Origin: Octopus sinensis
Lineage: Eukaryota
DNA: 64,000 nucleotides
Reading direction: 5' to 3'
Assembly: GCF_006345805.1 (NCBI RefSeq)
Contig: NC_042998.1
Span: 49,600,001-49,664,000 of the forward strand
Within the stretch, counting starts at the first letter, position 1, and each line of letters begins with the position of its first letter. Positions 25,827 to 37,529 of this stretch are shown here, in pieces. Made by a program: the position numbers and the translations under genes. Below the pieces are notes generated by a model. The model was not told the DNA's origin. It made no database searches and was given only the letters and a program-made list of their open reading frames with translations.

Positions 25827-26464
25827 AACCTTTACATAAATAAATAACGTGAAATACACGAAGGGACGAACAAAAAGACAAACGGGTCATTCAAAGCCTT
25901 CGTTCTTCAGTCACAAACTGATTCCTCATCGCAGATTTCGGCTGTTTAATTCTGAGATCCGCTCTGAATCAGCCAGCCACAGAAGGAAAGAATGCAATGC
26001 AACAGAGATGAACATGAAACGAAAAAATCTTTTTGGAAGACAGTAATGGTTAAAAACATGGATGACACAAGCGCCCTATGGCTTTGAGACAAAAAGAGAC
26101 ACAAAAACAATATCAGCAAGCGTGGAAAAGTAATTACCTTTTCGGTGATGAGACACATGTTGAACAAGCGGCCGATGGCAACAGAATGGCTGAGGCAGCA
26201 AGTCACAAGAGGGTAAGAGAGAGAGGGGACCAAGGAGGGTGGAAGGTGAGGACAGAAGCAGTGACCAAGAGAGAGAGGGAGAGAAGGAATCAGAGAGGCT
26301 GGGAGAAAAAGGTGCCAAAACAATTTGGCAACAAAGCAATGGCGAAGGAAAGAAAAAAGTTTAAAGACATCGTGCAGGGGTGGTGATATGATAAACATAA
26401 AGAAGTTATTATGCACGTACGCTGCGAAATATATAATAAACCTTTACACAAATAAATAATGTGA

Positions 26465-26689
26465 ATATTGTTGTATTTGGGGATGGTCATGTTGCCAGTT
26501 TAACCAATAAAAACACATGTACTGTATATTTTGTATTCACTTGCTTCAGTTCTATTTTATATTAATTATATTTCAGCCAGAGTTGCTTCTGTGACCTCAT
26601 CAGTGGTCTTTTGCTTTCTTCTTTCTTTTTTGTGTGTCTTTCCTTTTTGGCTAAACTGGCGACATGACCATCCCCAAATACAACAATAT
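26465..26689. mobile_element. 225-bp element with 43-bp terminal inverted repeats
   Basis: 26465-26507 versus 26647-26689: 2 mismatches. Confidence 0.85.
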
Positions 26690-27389
26690 CTATTTCAACA
26701 CACAAATTCACATTAAAGAATCCTGCAAAATGAATATACAAATGTATATGTGTAAATATATATATAATTTAAATGTATATGTATATGTGCAAATACACAC
26801 ACACACATACATATATACACATATACTTATATGTACATATATAAATACACACATGTTACCTATTTAATTAAAGACATGCCAGCGTAAACCATGAGTTTCC
26901 CATTGTTATTATATCCATTTTCTTCTATTATATAAATACATATATATACATATGCATACACATATATTATATGCATACCCACACACACATGTATATATAT
27001 AATATTTGTATTTATGTATACATATATACATACATACAATTCCACAACATAATGCATTTTAATGGTGTGTATACATTTAATATGATACATAGATGGAGAT
27101 AATCATACCTTAAAAAAATGAATTGGTGGTATCAGTAAAGCCTTGGACAAAATACCATATATTAATGAGGTGGAAGCCTCTGTGTTCTGAATCGAACTGA
27201 CATTGCAGTCAACTTACATCTTATGTTCTTCAAGAGGAAGATAAAGTAAATACCAGTCATGTACAGGGGTTTGATCTGTATGATCAGTTCAATCTGTTGA
27301 TTTGTGTCTGTGTTAGAAGCCATTATTTATAACATATTGAATTGTAAATCAATCTTATATAAATTACTGAAGAATTGAAACATTTTCAG

Positions 27390-27529
27390 CTTTCAGAAGA
27401 CGATCAAAACTCTATCACTTCACTAGGGCTTGGTTCTGATGTTCATCTATTTACCAAAAATACCGATGAAGAGAAATGCTATTTTGAAATTAGCAGTAGA
27501 CTAGTTGCACGAAACAAAATGAAAAATTT
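27390..27529 (+). CDS. C3: C3-like exon 6 (CUB/MG8 start): LSEDDQNSITSLGLGSDVHLFTKNTDEEKCYFEISSRLVARNKMKN
   Basis: ttttcag acceptor, GTAAGT donor; GxG and CxF pattern; phase fits both neighbours. Confidence 0.85.
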
Positions 27530-28458
27530 GTAAGTAATATTTTTGGATTCTATTAGAAAATAACATAATGAAGGTTTTGTCTGCAGTGTGTTTCTTTTTG
27601 TGTGTGTGTGTGTACATATGTACACGTAAATAAAGAAAAAGCAAAGACCAAAAATTCTCATTGGTTAGATTCTTATCTTTCCATCACAAAGGAGGCGTAA
27701 TTTTTCCAGTGTCTGTTTCCTTCCATTATTGGTTGCAAACTTTTGGTGTACTACATCTGCCAATATTATGAAGTAACTCTGAGCCCCCAGAAACAGCTGT
27801 TGGACTTGTAACACCATATCTTCTCCACTGTGATTCTTTGAGTCTATATAATCTGAATACATTTGATCTATTAACATTTAAATATATATATATGTATATA
27901 TATATATGTACTTGAATATTAATACATCTAAAAATTTTCAGTCTTTGCCTTTTCGTAATTTACATTTAAAGTTGTCTATAAATTGTGTATGTCAAACTGA
28001 AGCAGTTTTATCTGTTTATTTGCATCATTGTCTCCATATCTGTGCACTTAGATTCTCCTTATAGCCATTCTTTACCCTGCTAACTTGATCCTTGGTAAAA
28101 ATTTCGGAGTGTAAGTTCAAAACTTTTGAGTACTCCTAAGTGTTTTCTATACAGAGATTCTCTTGATCTCCTCTGTTATCTCATTCTTTCTCTCTCTTTT
28201 TATCTCTCTCTCCCTCCCCCTCTCCCCCTCTCTCTTATTCTCCCCTCCTCTCTCTCTATATATATATAGCAAATAAGAAAATGGAGGAGAACAATTGGTG
28301 GTTCATCAACTTTTGGGCATTAAATTATGTTAACTTATTTATTTATTAAACTGATAATTACAATAACATACATACATATAGCATATTATTCTTTACAAAT
28401 AAGATATAAAATATAGTAATATATAAGGATACCAGTAATTATTATAAAAAACATGGGA

Positions 28459-28495
<37 letters not shown>

Positions 28496-28742
28496 CATAC
28501 ATACACGTGTATATGTATGAGGGCATATGTGTGTATCTGTATATACATATACATGTGGTTATTTATATGCATTCATTCACGTGAATATATGCACATGTAC
28601 GTATCTTCATGTGAGGGTACTTTGTACATACATATTTCTATCTATTGTTTTGTGTATGTATTTTATGTGTGTATATGTGTATGTATATTTACATACATGC
28701 ATATATTGTTACTTAGATGTGTACATCTATGAATATGTATGT

Positions 28743-28798
<56 letters not shown>

Positions 28799-29340
28799 CT
28801 GTGAATGCTTTTTGACCTGTGTTAATATATGTTTGTCTATTATTTCATATAAATTTCCCTCAGTTCTATAAACAAATCAGAAAAATATTTATTTATTTCC
28901 TCATCCATATAATAATATTATTTACTGTAATTCACTATCTAATCTTTTTTTATTTACCAATTATTACCCTGATTATATTCACATAACCCACTAAAACAAA
29001 CTATGACCCCCTGGCTCAGGTTTATACTAATATTAGCCATAAAATAATATCAGTCTGCTGAGATGATTCATAAACCTAACAGTATATCTTTTCTATCCAC
29101 TGATGAGATTTTACCTAATATAATGATTTAATAATTGCTATTTTAATCTTTAAACTTAAGTGAAACAGCTGTAAGAGAATATGTTGAACTTTTGTAGATA
29201 ATAAATTTTTATTAAATGCTATATCTCCATTTTCTTAATTTTCTTTTGGATGATTATATACATATATATATGTGTAAATGTCAAACAATGAGAATGAGTA
29301 GCCAACACTGCATTGGTGGCTAAAGATTCATTGGCAAATT

Positions 29341-29509
29341 AGGGCTACTATTGGTTTCATGTTAAGGAAATATCTTAGACAATCCTCAAGCTGATTACAT
29401 AGAAGAATTGGTGTTTTAATCCAAAACTGAGATGAACATCAATTTCTTTATGTGATCAGCTTGAAGAATTGTTAAGATATTTTCTTAACATGAAATTAAT
29501 GGTAGCCTT
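29341..29509. repeat. Imperfect inverted repeat, about 75-bp arms
   Basis: 29341-29415 versus 29435-29509, roughly 80 percent identical by eye. Confidence 0.8.
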
Positions 29510-29523
29510 AATACACAAATGAA

Positions 29524-29591
<68 letters not shown>

Positions 29592-29738
29592 TAATCTAAA
29601 GCCTAGAAGAGACTGGCTTCTGCTAAAGGCCTGTGAAACTTTAAGTTACATAAAGTCGAATCATACTGTTTAGAATGATATTTGTATATATATATATATA
29701 TATATGAAAGAATGGAGTTGAACGACGAATTAACAACA

Positions 29739-29836
29739 TTCCTTTATTTTCGACATATGTTTCGAAGGCTGCATATTCCTAATTGCAAAGGAATAAGGAG
29801 TATATTATGCTGCTTTCTCATCAGGAAAAGCAAGGA
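29739..29836 (-). ncRNA. Type I hammerhead ribozyme motif, left arm of palindrome (minus strand)
   Basis: Reverse-complement copy: CUGAUGA 29824-29818, GAAA 29763-29760, GUC 29754-29752; all core nucleotides intact. Confidence 0.83.
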
Positions 29837-29920
29837 ACTTATGTCAACATCAAGATGCACAAAAAACTTTTAGATGACTGCTCACACGGAGCCCATAGCG
29901 ATAATTATGTTGACATAAGT

Positions 29921-30018
29921 TCCTTACTTTTCCTGATGAGAAAGCGGCATAATATACTCCTTATTCCTTTGCAATTAGGAATATGCAGCCTTCGAAACAT
30001 ATGTCGAAAATAAAGGAA
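29921..30018 (+). ncRNA. Type I hammerhead ribozyme motif (Penelope-like type), right arm of palindrome
   Basis: Stem I UUUUC/GAAAA; CUGAUGA 29933-29939; stem II closed by G29940-C29993 (10 of 12 bp); GAAA 29994-29997; palindromic stem III ACAUAUGU; GUC site, cleavage after 30005. Confidence 0.85.
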
Positions 30019-30305
30019 TTTTGTTAATTCGTCGTTCAACTCTATTCTTTCATATATTTATATTTTTAAAAAAAACATACAAATTTCCACACGAAAGCAC
30101 GTAACTTCAAACGTGTCTTCTCTGATGTGAATTTGCTACCCAGGTATCGGTTAACCGAATTATCCATAACAAGATAATTCATTCTACTACTCAAATATTT
30201 ATATATATACATATACACATATGTATATATCTATTATATATGAATATATTATATATATGTATATATTTGTATTTAAATAATCTTATATGCTTTTGTTATT
30301 TTCAG

Positions 30306-30374
30306 TGACCATCCCTGTAATTATTCTTCGAAACAAAGGAAGGGATATGCTAACTGTTATGAAATATCTGTTAG
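30306..30374 (+). CDS. C3: C3-like exon 7 (MG8): (F)DHPCNYSSKQRKGYANCYEISV(R)
   Basis: ttttcag acceptor, GTTTGT donor, phase 2-2; leads into RY of next exon. Confidence 0.8.
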
Positions 30375-30710
30375 GTTTGTGCTTTGATACTTAATTAGTT
30401 TATTTATAATATTACTAAATCCCATTTTTTGTTTTAAAATATGACTTCCCTTTTATAACTTATATTTTCTTATACCCTTATTATTTTTCCAAACTTTTGT
30501 GGCAATGCCTTTTTTAGTAAACATTATTTGTCCTATCTTTAAAAAAATTCTTCAAGGTGGTGCCCCAGCATGGTCGCAGTCTAATGACTGAAACAACTAA
30601 AAGATAAAAAATGTTAGGCATCCACCACCTCTTATCTTGCCTACATCCTACAATACCAAATGACTACTCATATGTAGACACTGTAGTATATCTATCCCAA
30701 GTCTTACACT

Positions 30711-31062
30711 AGGGGTTCTAAACCAATTTTTTTATCTATGGACGTCTTTGATTCTTATTTTATTCTGATGGAACCCTATAGCCAATTTGATGATTAAAAA
30801 CTAGTTCAATAGAAATCTCTTTCAAAATTCCTCATTTGTTTTTCATATATTTACTTGTGTAGGTTGAAATCATGTATAATGTTAGAGAAAGAAACCAAGC
30901 TGTTTCTTGAAATTCATACCAATACATACATCTAAAGCAATTTTTTTAAGGGGTCCTTAAAACACTATTGTGGATCCCCAATTTACTATTTTGTTGCATG
31001 GACTCTAAAACATGTTATAAGGACCCTCAGGGACCATATGAACTCCAGTTGAGAAGCATTGT
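30711..31062. mobile_element. Decayed hAT-type MITE
   Basis: TAGGGGTTCTAAACC..AGTTGAGAAGCATTG resembles CAGTGGTTCTCAACC TIRs; related fragment near 38822-38960. Confidence 0.55.
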
Positions 31063-31904
31063 CTTACACTAATATACATCTACCTCAAGATCTCACACTA
31101 CTGTATAAATAGCCACAGTTCCTACACTACAACATATGTGTGTGTGTCTGTAGATAAGAAGATTACTTCCCAATCACATCGTATTGGGTTCAGTCTCACT
31201 GCATGCCACTTGAGCAAGTGTTTTCTACTGTAACCAAAGCTTTGTGAGTAAATTTGTTTGGCAGAAACTGAAAGAAAGGCGGTGAGCTGGCAGAAACGTT
31301 AGTATGCCGGGTGAAATACTTAGCGGTATTTTGTCTGCCGTTACGTTCTGAGTTCAAATTCCACCGAGGTCAACTTTGCCTTTCATCCTTTCGGGGTCGA
31401 TAAATTAAGTACCATTTACGCACTGGGGTCGATGTAATTGGCTTAATCCCTTTGTCTGTCCTTCTTTGTCCTCTCTATGTTTAGCCCCTTATGGACAGTA
31501 AAGAAATAAGAAACTGAAAGAAACCTGTTGTACAAATGTATATCCATACGAGGGTCATTCCAGAAGTTTTGAGACTGTTTTTTTTTTTGGAGAAGCAGTT
31601 ATAGATGTCCTAGATTATCATAATTTCAGTATAACATTACTATATGTCTAAGAAACTGACCTGTCAACTTTTATTATTATATGCTAATCGCTGCTGTATT
31701 TTGTCATTGTAGAACAACTTCTTTAAAATGAATGTGTGTTCATAAAACTCTTAATTCATTAGCATAAGGGAGACTATAGGACACCCTGTGTTTCAACATC
31801 CTTGTGTCCCCTCAACCAAAGCTACCCCAGACCACTGAATCTAAGTGAGAGTCTGTGGCTCTGGTTTATAACTTCAGTAAACAAATTATTTGAAGATATG
31901 TGTA

Positions 31905-32426
31905 CTGTAAATCCTCAAGTATAGTCCGCCCTTGAGTATAATACACAGGAGATTTTTAGGGGTCTGTACCTCTGAAACACCTAAACCTTGTGTATAATAC
32001 GCACCCTTTCTCTAACTTGAGTCCAGGAGGTCTATATAACGTCCTTGGTTTGTAAATATGTATACGGTAACGTCCTTTATTATTATTCTATATATAACAT
32101 AATGTAAACGTGTAGCTTTTTTTGTGCATTTTGTTTTAGGGAAATAAAGAAATAACAGTAATAACAGTAATAATATTTAATAAATGTTCCTTATTGCAAG
32201 TTATAGATGATTCTTTTATGATTTCATTGCTTTCAGGCTTAGCTTAAGGTATTTCCGTGCCCGACATCACAAAATGCATCTGAATAAACATTGCCGGACA
32301 GCAAATAGAGACTCGGACATTGCATAGAAAATATTTTTCCTTTTTAACCTCATATATAGTACGCACTAGGGATTTTGACCTCTAAATTTTGGGGAAAAAA
32401 TGTGGATTATACTCAAGGATTTACGG
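31905..32426. mobile_element. pogo/Tc2-type MITE
   Basis: TA-CTGTAAATCCTCAAGTATAGTCCGC and GTGGATTATACTCAAGGATTTACGG-TA inverted termini. Confidence 0.8.
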
Positions 32427-32655
32427 TAAATATATACCAACCAATAACAAACATCATGTGCACAGTCAACAGTGAGAATCAAACCAATAACATTCTTAAT
32501 ACTTTCTGACAGATTCTGACATAAATATGCTAACCGTTACTGTATTTTGTCATTGGAGAACAACTTCTTTCAGAGGAATGGGTAAAATATATATTGTCAT
32601 AAATATATATCAGATTTACTTTTGTTTATTAGTTCATTTTCCTTATTTATTCCAG

Positions 32656-32743
32656 GTATCTTAGATCCCAAAACTCATCTTTAACAGTTATAAATGTTGG
32701 TATTTTGAAAGGATATTATGTTGAAGAGGAATTCTTAAAAAAG
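32656..32743 (+). CDS. C3: C3-like exon 8 (MG8): (R)YLRSQNSSLTVINVGILKGYYVEEEFLKK
   Basis: ttccag acceptor, GTAATA donor; aligns to RY..TMSILDISMMTGF of C3. Confidence 0.88.
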
Positions 32744-32994
32744 GTAATATTGCAAAAATATTTTATCAAGTCTCTTAAACATTCATCTTTCTCAGCTTCT
32801 TGAATCTCTTTTATTCTTTCATTGTTCCCCAGTAAGTATGATCTCCACAGACAGGTACATATGAGCAATGCTTCTTGAAGTGTGTTCTGAGAAACTCTGG
32901 AGTTCCTTAAAAAATCCTAGGGTTCAGCAAGATAAGATGTATTGTAATAGAATTTAATAAAAAATATACTCTTCAAACATTTGTTATTAATATT

Positions 32995-33411
32995 ATAGGC
33001 ATAGGAGTGGCTGTGTGGTAAGTAGCTTGCTTACCAACCACATGGTTCTGGGTTCAGTCCCACTGCGTGGCACCTTGGGCAAGTGTCTTCTACTATATCC
33101 TTGGGCTGACCAAAGCCTTGTGAGTGGATTTGGTAGACAGAAACTAAAAGAAGCCCGTCGTATATATGTATATATATGTATGTATGTGTATATGTTTGTG
33201 TGTCTGTGTTTGTACCCAATATAGTTTGACAATCAATGCTGGTGTATTTACATCCCTATAACTTAGCGGTTCAGCAAAAGAGACTGATAGAATAAGTACT
33301 AGGCTTACAAAGAATAAGTCCTGGGGTCAATTTGTTCAACTAAAGGCGGTGCTCCAGCATAGCCACAGTCAAATGACTGAAACAAGTAAAAGAGTAAAAG
33401 AGTAAAGAGAG
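32995..33411 (+). mobile_element. SINE family A copy
   Basis: Full-length match. Confidence 0.9.
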
Positions 33412-33772
33412 TAATGAAAGCAGTATTAATTCACATTAATGGTCTGTATGTCAGACTTTGAGCATATATACTATTGAAAGCCTTACAAACTATGGTATTC
33501 ATCTTGAGAAAGCATCTCTTACAACTGTACAGTGTTTCAAAACAGAAATAAATCAGCAGTTGCTGAAAATCACTCAGCAGTGGTGGTGCTTAGTTAAATC
33601 TAGATTGCTGTTTTCCCAAGCTTCATCAGAAGCATGTATCCACTGGCTTCATATACTGCTGGGCGATTTCACCTGCTGCTGACATATTTCTGCGTTTTGA
33701 TATATTTTAGTATCTCATTTTTATATACCTATATTATTGGAGATGGATTCTTAATTGTTCCATTTAAGAACA

Positions 33773-34172
33773 CTAGCAGTGTAGCTCGGCGTTGCTCGGG
33801 TTTGTTTTCTTAATGACCCTTTTGAATTGGAATTTTTGAAAAGTAAAAATTTTGCATTATGTAGCTTGTTATTCTCTTTAAGTGAAGAATTTTCTGGTTG
33901 AAACACACTGAAAAATGGCGACACAGCAGTCAATAATCGTAAAAAAATAGGGATTTTCATAAAAAAAAGCACCTTTTTGATGTAAATAATTTTTGGTCTT
34001 AACATGGTCCGATTTGAATTTTTTCTTCTACGGAATGAAGAGCAAGCCTTCTTCTATCATACTCTCAATTTTGGTCAACTTGCGCTGCAGGGTCTTGGAG
34101 GAGATAGTGTTAGTTGTAGGCTACCAAACCTGCCACACACACACACAGACAACTTCAGCTTTATATATAAAG
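33773..34172 (-). mobile_element. Non-autonomous Helitron (same 3' end, different interior)
   Basis: A|TCTTATATATAAAG 5' end and CAAACCCGAGCAACGCCGAGC..CTGCTAG|T 3' end on minus strand. Confidence 0.85.
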
Positions 34173-34482
34173 ATTAGTGATAATAATTATATACATATCC
34201 GTGTAGTAATTTAGCAAATCACAAGGTAATAGACTTTAAAATAATGTCTCTATAGAAATCTATGGTGCATCTGTTATAAAGAAAGCGTAAATTTAATACT
34301 GCTGAGGTGATTTTCTACCTTAATACCCTGTTAGTTTTACATTGCTAACTGAATTCAGTATCACAAATTTCTTTATAATATTATTTAACTGAAATTATTT
34401 ATCATATACTATCATACTATCCATGTATGATATTACAATACCTCATTTCTTCTTATAATAAAATGATATTTCTTTATTTCAG

Positions 34483-34551
34483 CTGTCAGCCAATAACTTG
34501 ATGCATTCTAAATTAAATGGCAAATCTACATTAACGTTAATCTTTGAGAAT
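34483..34551 (+). CDS. C3: C3-like exon 9 (MG8): LSANNLMHSKLNGKSTLTLIFEN
   Basis: tttcag acceptor, GTAAGT donor, 69 nt phase 0-0. Confidence 0.82.
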
Positions 34552-34953
34552 GTAAGTATTGCTGCTGTGAAAATTTTAACTACATGCTTTATATAAGTTG
34601 TCTTTCTTGAATGAGTTTAATTGGTTTGTCAATAGAGTGCACTTTCCACCTAAACTATTACATCAACAAATTTACAGGTCCAATAATAGATGTGTAGTTA
34701 TGTAGTTCTCTTCATAACTACGCAGCTTAGAATTTAAAGTTCATTGCCACTGGACAGCATGACGGCAAATGTTTCCAGCTATGGCATCAGATGAACCAAT
34801 TCTTTCTGTTTGAGAATTAGTAGACAGAAACTATACACCCTGTGTCTTATATATGTATATGTACACACACACATATATGTATACATACACACACACATAT
34901 ATACACATATATAATATATATATGTATACATACATTGTATATGTATATGTAAT

Positions 34954-35032
<79 letters not shown>

Positions 35033-36238
35033 CCTCATCACCATCATCATTTAATGTCTGCTTTCCATGCTGGCATGGGTTAGACAGTTTGACTGTGACT
35101 GGTAAGCTGCATCAGGTTCCAATCTAATCTGGCATGGTTTCTATGGCTGGATGCCCTTCCTAACAGCAACCTCTCCAAGAGTGTAATGAGTGCTTTTAGG
35201 TGCCACCAGCACAAGTGCCATTTACAACCCTGAGCCTGCATTATAAATGAATATAAAAAAAAAGACCCTTCAGTCATGAATGACCATGGGATTGCACCTA
35301 GAAAATTCCCTTCTGAGGCACAAGTCCAGCAGTCGCCCATGCATACCAGCCTCTCCTCTCCATGCCACTGACGTTATGCAAGGGAAAGGCAAAGGCCAAT
35401 ACAGCTTGGCACCAGTGATGTTGCAACTCATTTCTACAGCTGAATGAACTGGAGCAACATGAAATAAAGTGTCTTACTCAATCACTGCATATAGAATGAC
35501 ACTGGTTTGGTAGAAGTAAAAAATTACTAGACTTAAGCTCACATGATATTCAATTGTATTTCTTCAGGTTCATATTCAAATGATGTTTTAGTCAACTTTG
35601 CCTTTCAGTCTTACATTAATGAAAATAAAAAAAAATTCCTAATGAAGTTGTAAACAAGTTAATCTAATAATCATAATTTGTGGTATTTTACCAAAATTAT
35701 GTAGCACTGTTACTGCAAGTAAATATCAACATAAATCTTCTCAAATAAATATCACTTCACAAAAATGGTAACCAAAACTATTCATATTAGTAAATATTAT
35801 ATATAAATAGCTGGTCTTGTGCCAAAATTTGAAACTAATATTATATATAAATAGGCCAACCCATGCTATTATGGAATTCAAATGTTAAATGATGGTGGCG
35901 ATGATAAGTATAATGAAAACGATGGTGGTGGTGATGGTGGTGATGATGATGATGATGATGATGATGAGGAGGAGGAGGAGGAGGAGGAGGAGGTTGTTGG
36001 ATTGTCAGACAAAATATCTTGCAGTATTTAATTGCAGTCCTTTACATCATGAGTTCAAAATCAAGTTTACATTTTATCCTTCTGGAGGTAAGGCGTTGGT
36101 GAAATAATGTACTCGCTGAAGCTTTGGAGTCAATTTAACTGACTGCATGCATTCCTAAAATTTGAGGTCTTGTGCTGTGTTATCATCATTTAACGTCTGT
36201 TGTCCATGCTGGCATGGGTTAGATGGTTTGACTGAAAC

Positions 36239-36475
36239 ATAAGGCGGCGAGCTGGCAGAAACGTTAGCATGCTGGGCGAAATACGTAGCCATATTTCGTC
36301 TGCCTTTACATTCTGAGTTCACATTCCGCCGAAGTCGACTTTGCCTTTCATCCTTTCGGGGTCGATTAAATAAGTACCAGTTATGCACTGAGGTCGATAT
36401 AATCGACTTAATCCATTTGTCTGTCCTTGTTTGTTCTCTCTGTGTTTAGCCCCTTGTGGGTAGTAAAGAAATAGG
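36239..36475 (+). mobile_element. SINE family B, inserted into a family D element
   Basis: Complete AAGGCGGCGAGCTGGCAG..GTAAAGAAATAG; other copies near 11672-, 31277+, 36975+, 44330-, 45915+. Confidence 0.9.
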
Positions 36476-37369
36476 TTTGACTGCACCAGGTTCCAATCTG
36501 ATTTGGCATGGTTTCTACAGCAGGATGGATGCCCTTCCTAACACCAACCACTCCAAGAGTGTAATGGATGCTTTTTATGTGCCAGTTACATGACATTAGC
36601 ATTGGCCACAACTAGGATTTCACTTGGTTTGACAAGTCTTCTCAAGCATGGAATATTGCCTAAGATCTTGGTCACTTATCATCTGCATGAGGCCCAATGT
36701 TTGAAGGGTCCTTTTTATGTTCCACTGGCACAGGTGGATGTTATGTGGCATCAGCATTAGCCACAACTACGATTTCACTTGGCTTGGTGGGTCTTCTCAA
36801 TCATGGCATATCATCAAAGGTGTTGGTCATTTATCACCTCCATGAGGCCCAATGTTCAAAGGGTGCTTTTTACATGTCACCAGCACAGGTGCCTGTTATA
36901 GGACACCAGCTTCAGCCGTGACTATGGTTTCACTTGACTTCATGGGTCTTCTCAGTATTATAAATACAGCAAAGATGGCAAGCTGGCAGAATCATCAGCA
37001 CTCTGGGCAAAATGCTGAGTGGAATTTCTTCCAACTTTATGCTCTGAGTTCAAATGCCACTGGGGTCAACTTTGCCTTTTATCCTTTTGAAGTCAATAAA
37101 ATAAGTACCAGTTAAACACTGGGGTTAATGTAATTGATTTATCCCCTTCCCCTAAATTGCTGGTCTTGTGCTAAAATTTGAAGCTTGTATTATAGATGTA
37201 ATAATCTACTATAATAATACTCTTGTGTTCTTCCTCCATCACAACGTATGAATGAGAAAGGAAGGGGTGATAGATGAGTAAGGAAGGAAGGGGTGGTGGC
37301 AAACTGGTAGTGGGAGTGTTCAACTCTGTGTAAGTATATGTGTGTGCATGTAATAGAGAGATATGTGAA

Positions 37370-37412
<43 letters not shown>

Positions 37413-37529
37413 GTGCACGTGCATGCAATGGAAGTGGGATGGTGAACATTCAACGCTGAAAAGAAAAATCAAGCAGCGTTTCAAATCTGTATGAGTATAT
37501 GTATATATGAGTCAAGTACATGAACATCG

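Larger units (their letters stand above)
29701..30056. repeat. 356-bp inverted repeat: two 150-bp arms (29701-29850, 29907-30056) and 56-bp spacer
   Basis: Manual alignment shows 4 mismatches in 150 bp; left flank is (TA)n. Confidence 0.95.

Noticed and set aside
29701-30056. Viroid-like or retrozyme monomer (ribozymes in both polarities, rod-like fold)
   Set aside because: Only one cleavage site per strand and no tandem unit, so no monomer can be excised; a DNA inverted duplication explains both features.
30083-30132. GAAA-hairpin-GUC followed by CUGAUGU (permuted hammerhead-like)
   Set aside because: No room for stem I, A9 is missing and stem III needs a bulge at the core.
33590-33640. 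CUGAUGA..GAAA on minus strand
   Set aside because: Only 7 nt between motifs with no stem II, and stems I and III do not pair.
27390-34490. Second AG 7 nt inside exons 6 and 9 (CAG|CTNTCAG)
   Set aside because: Use would shift frame into nearby stops; likely coincidence.
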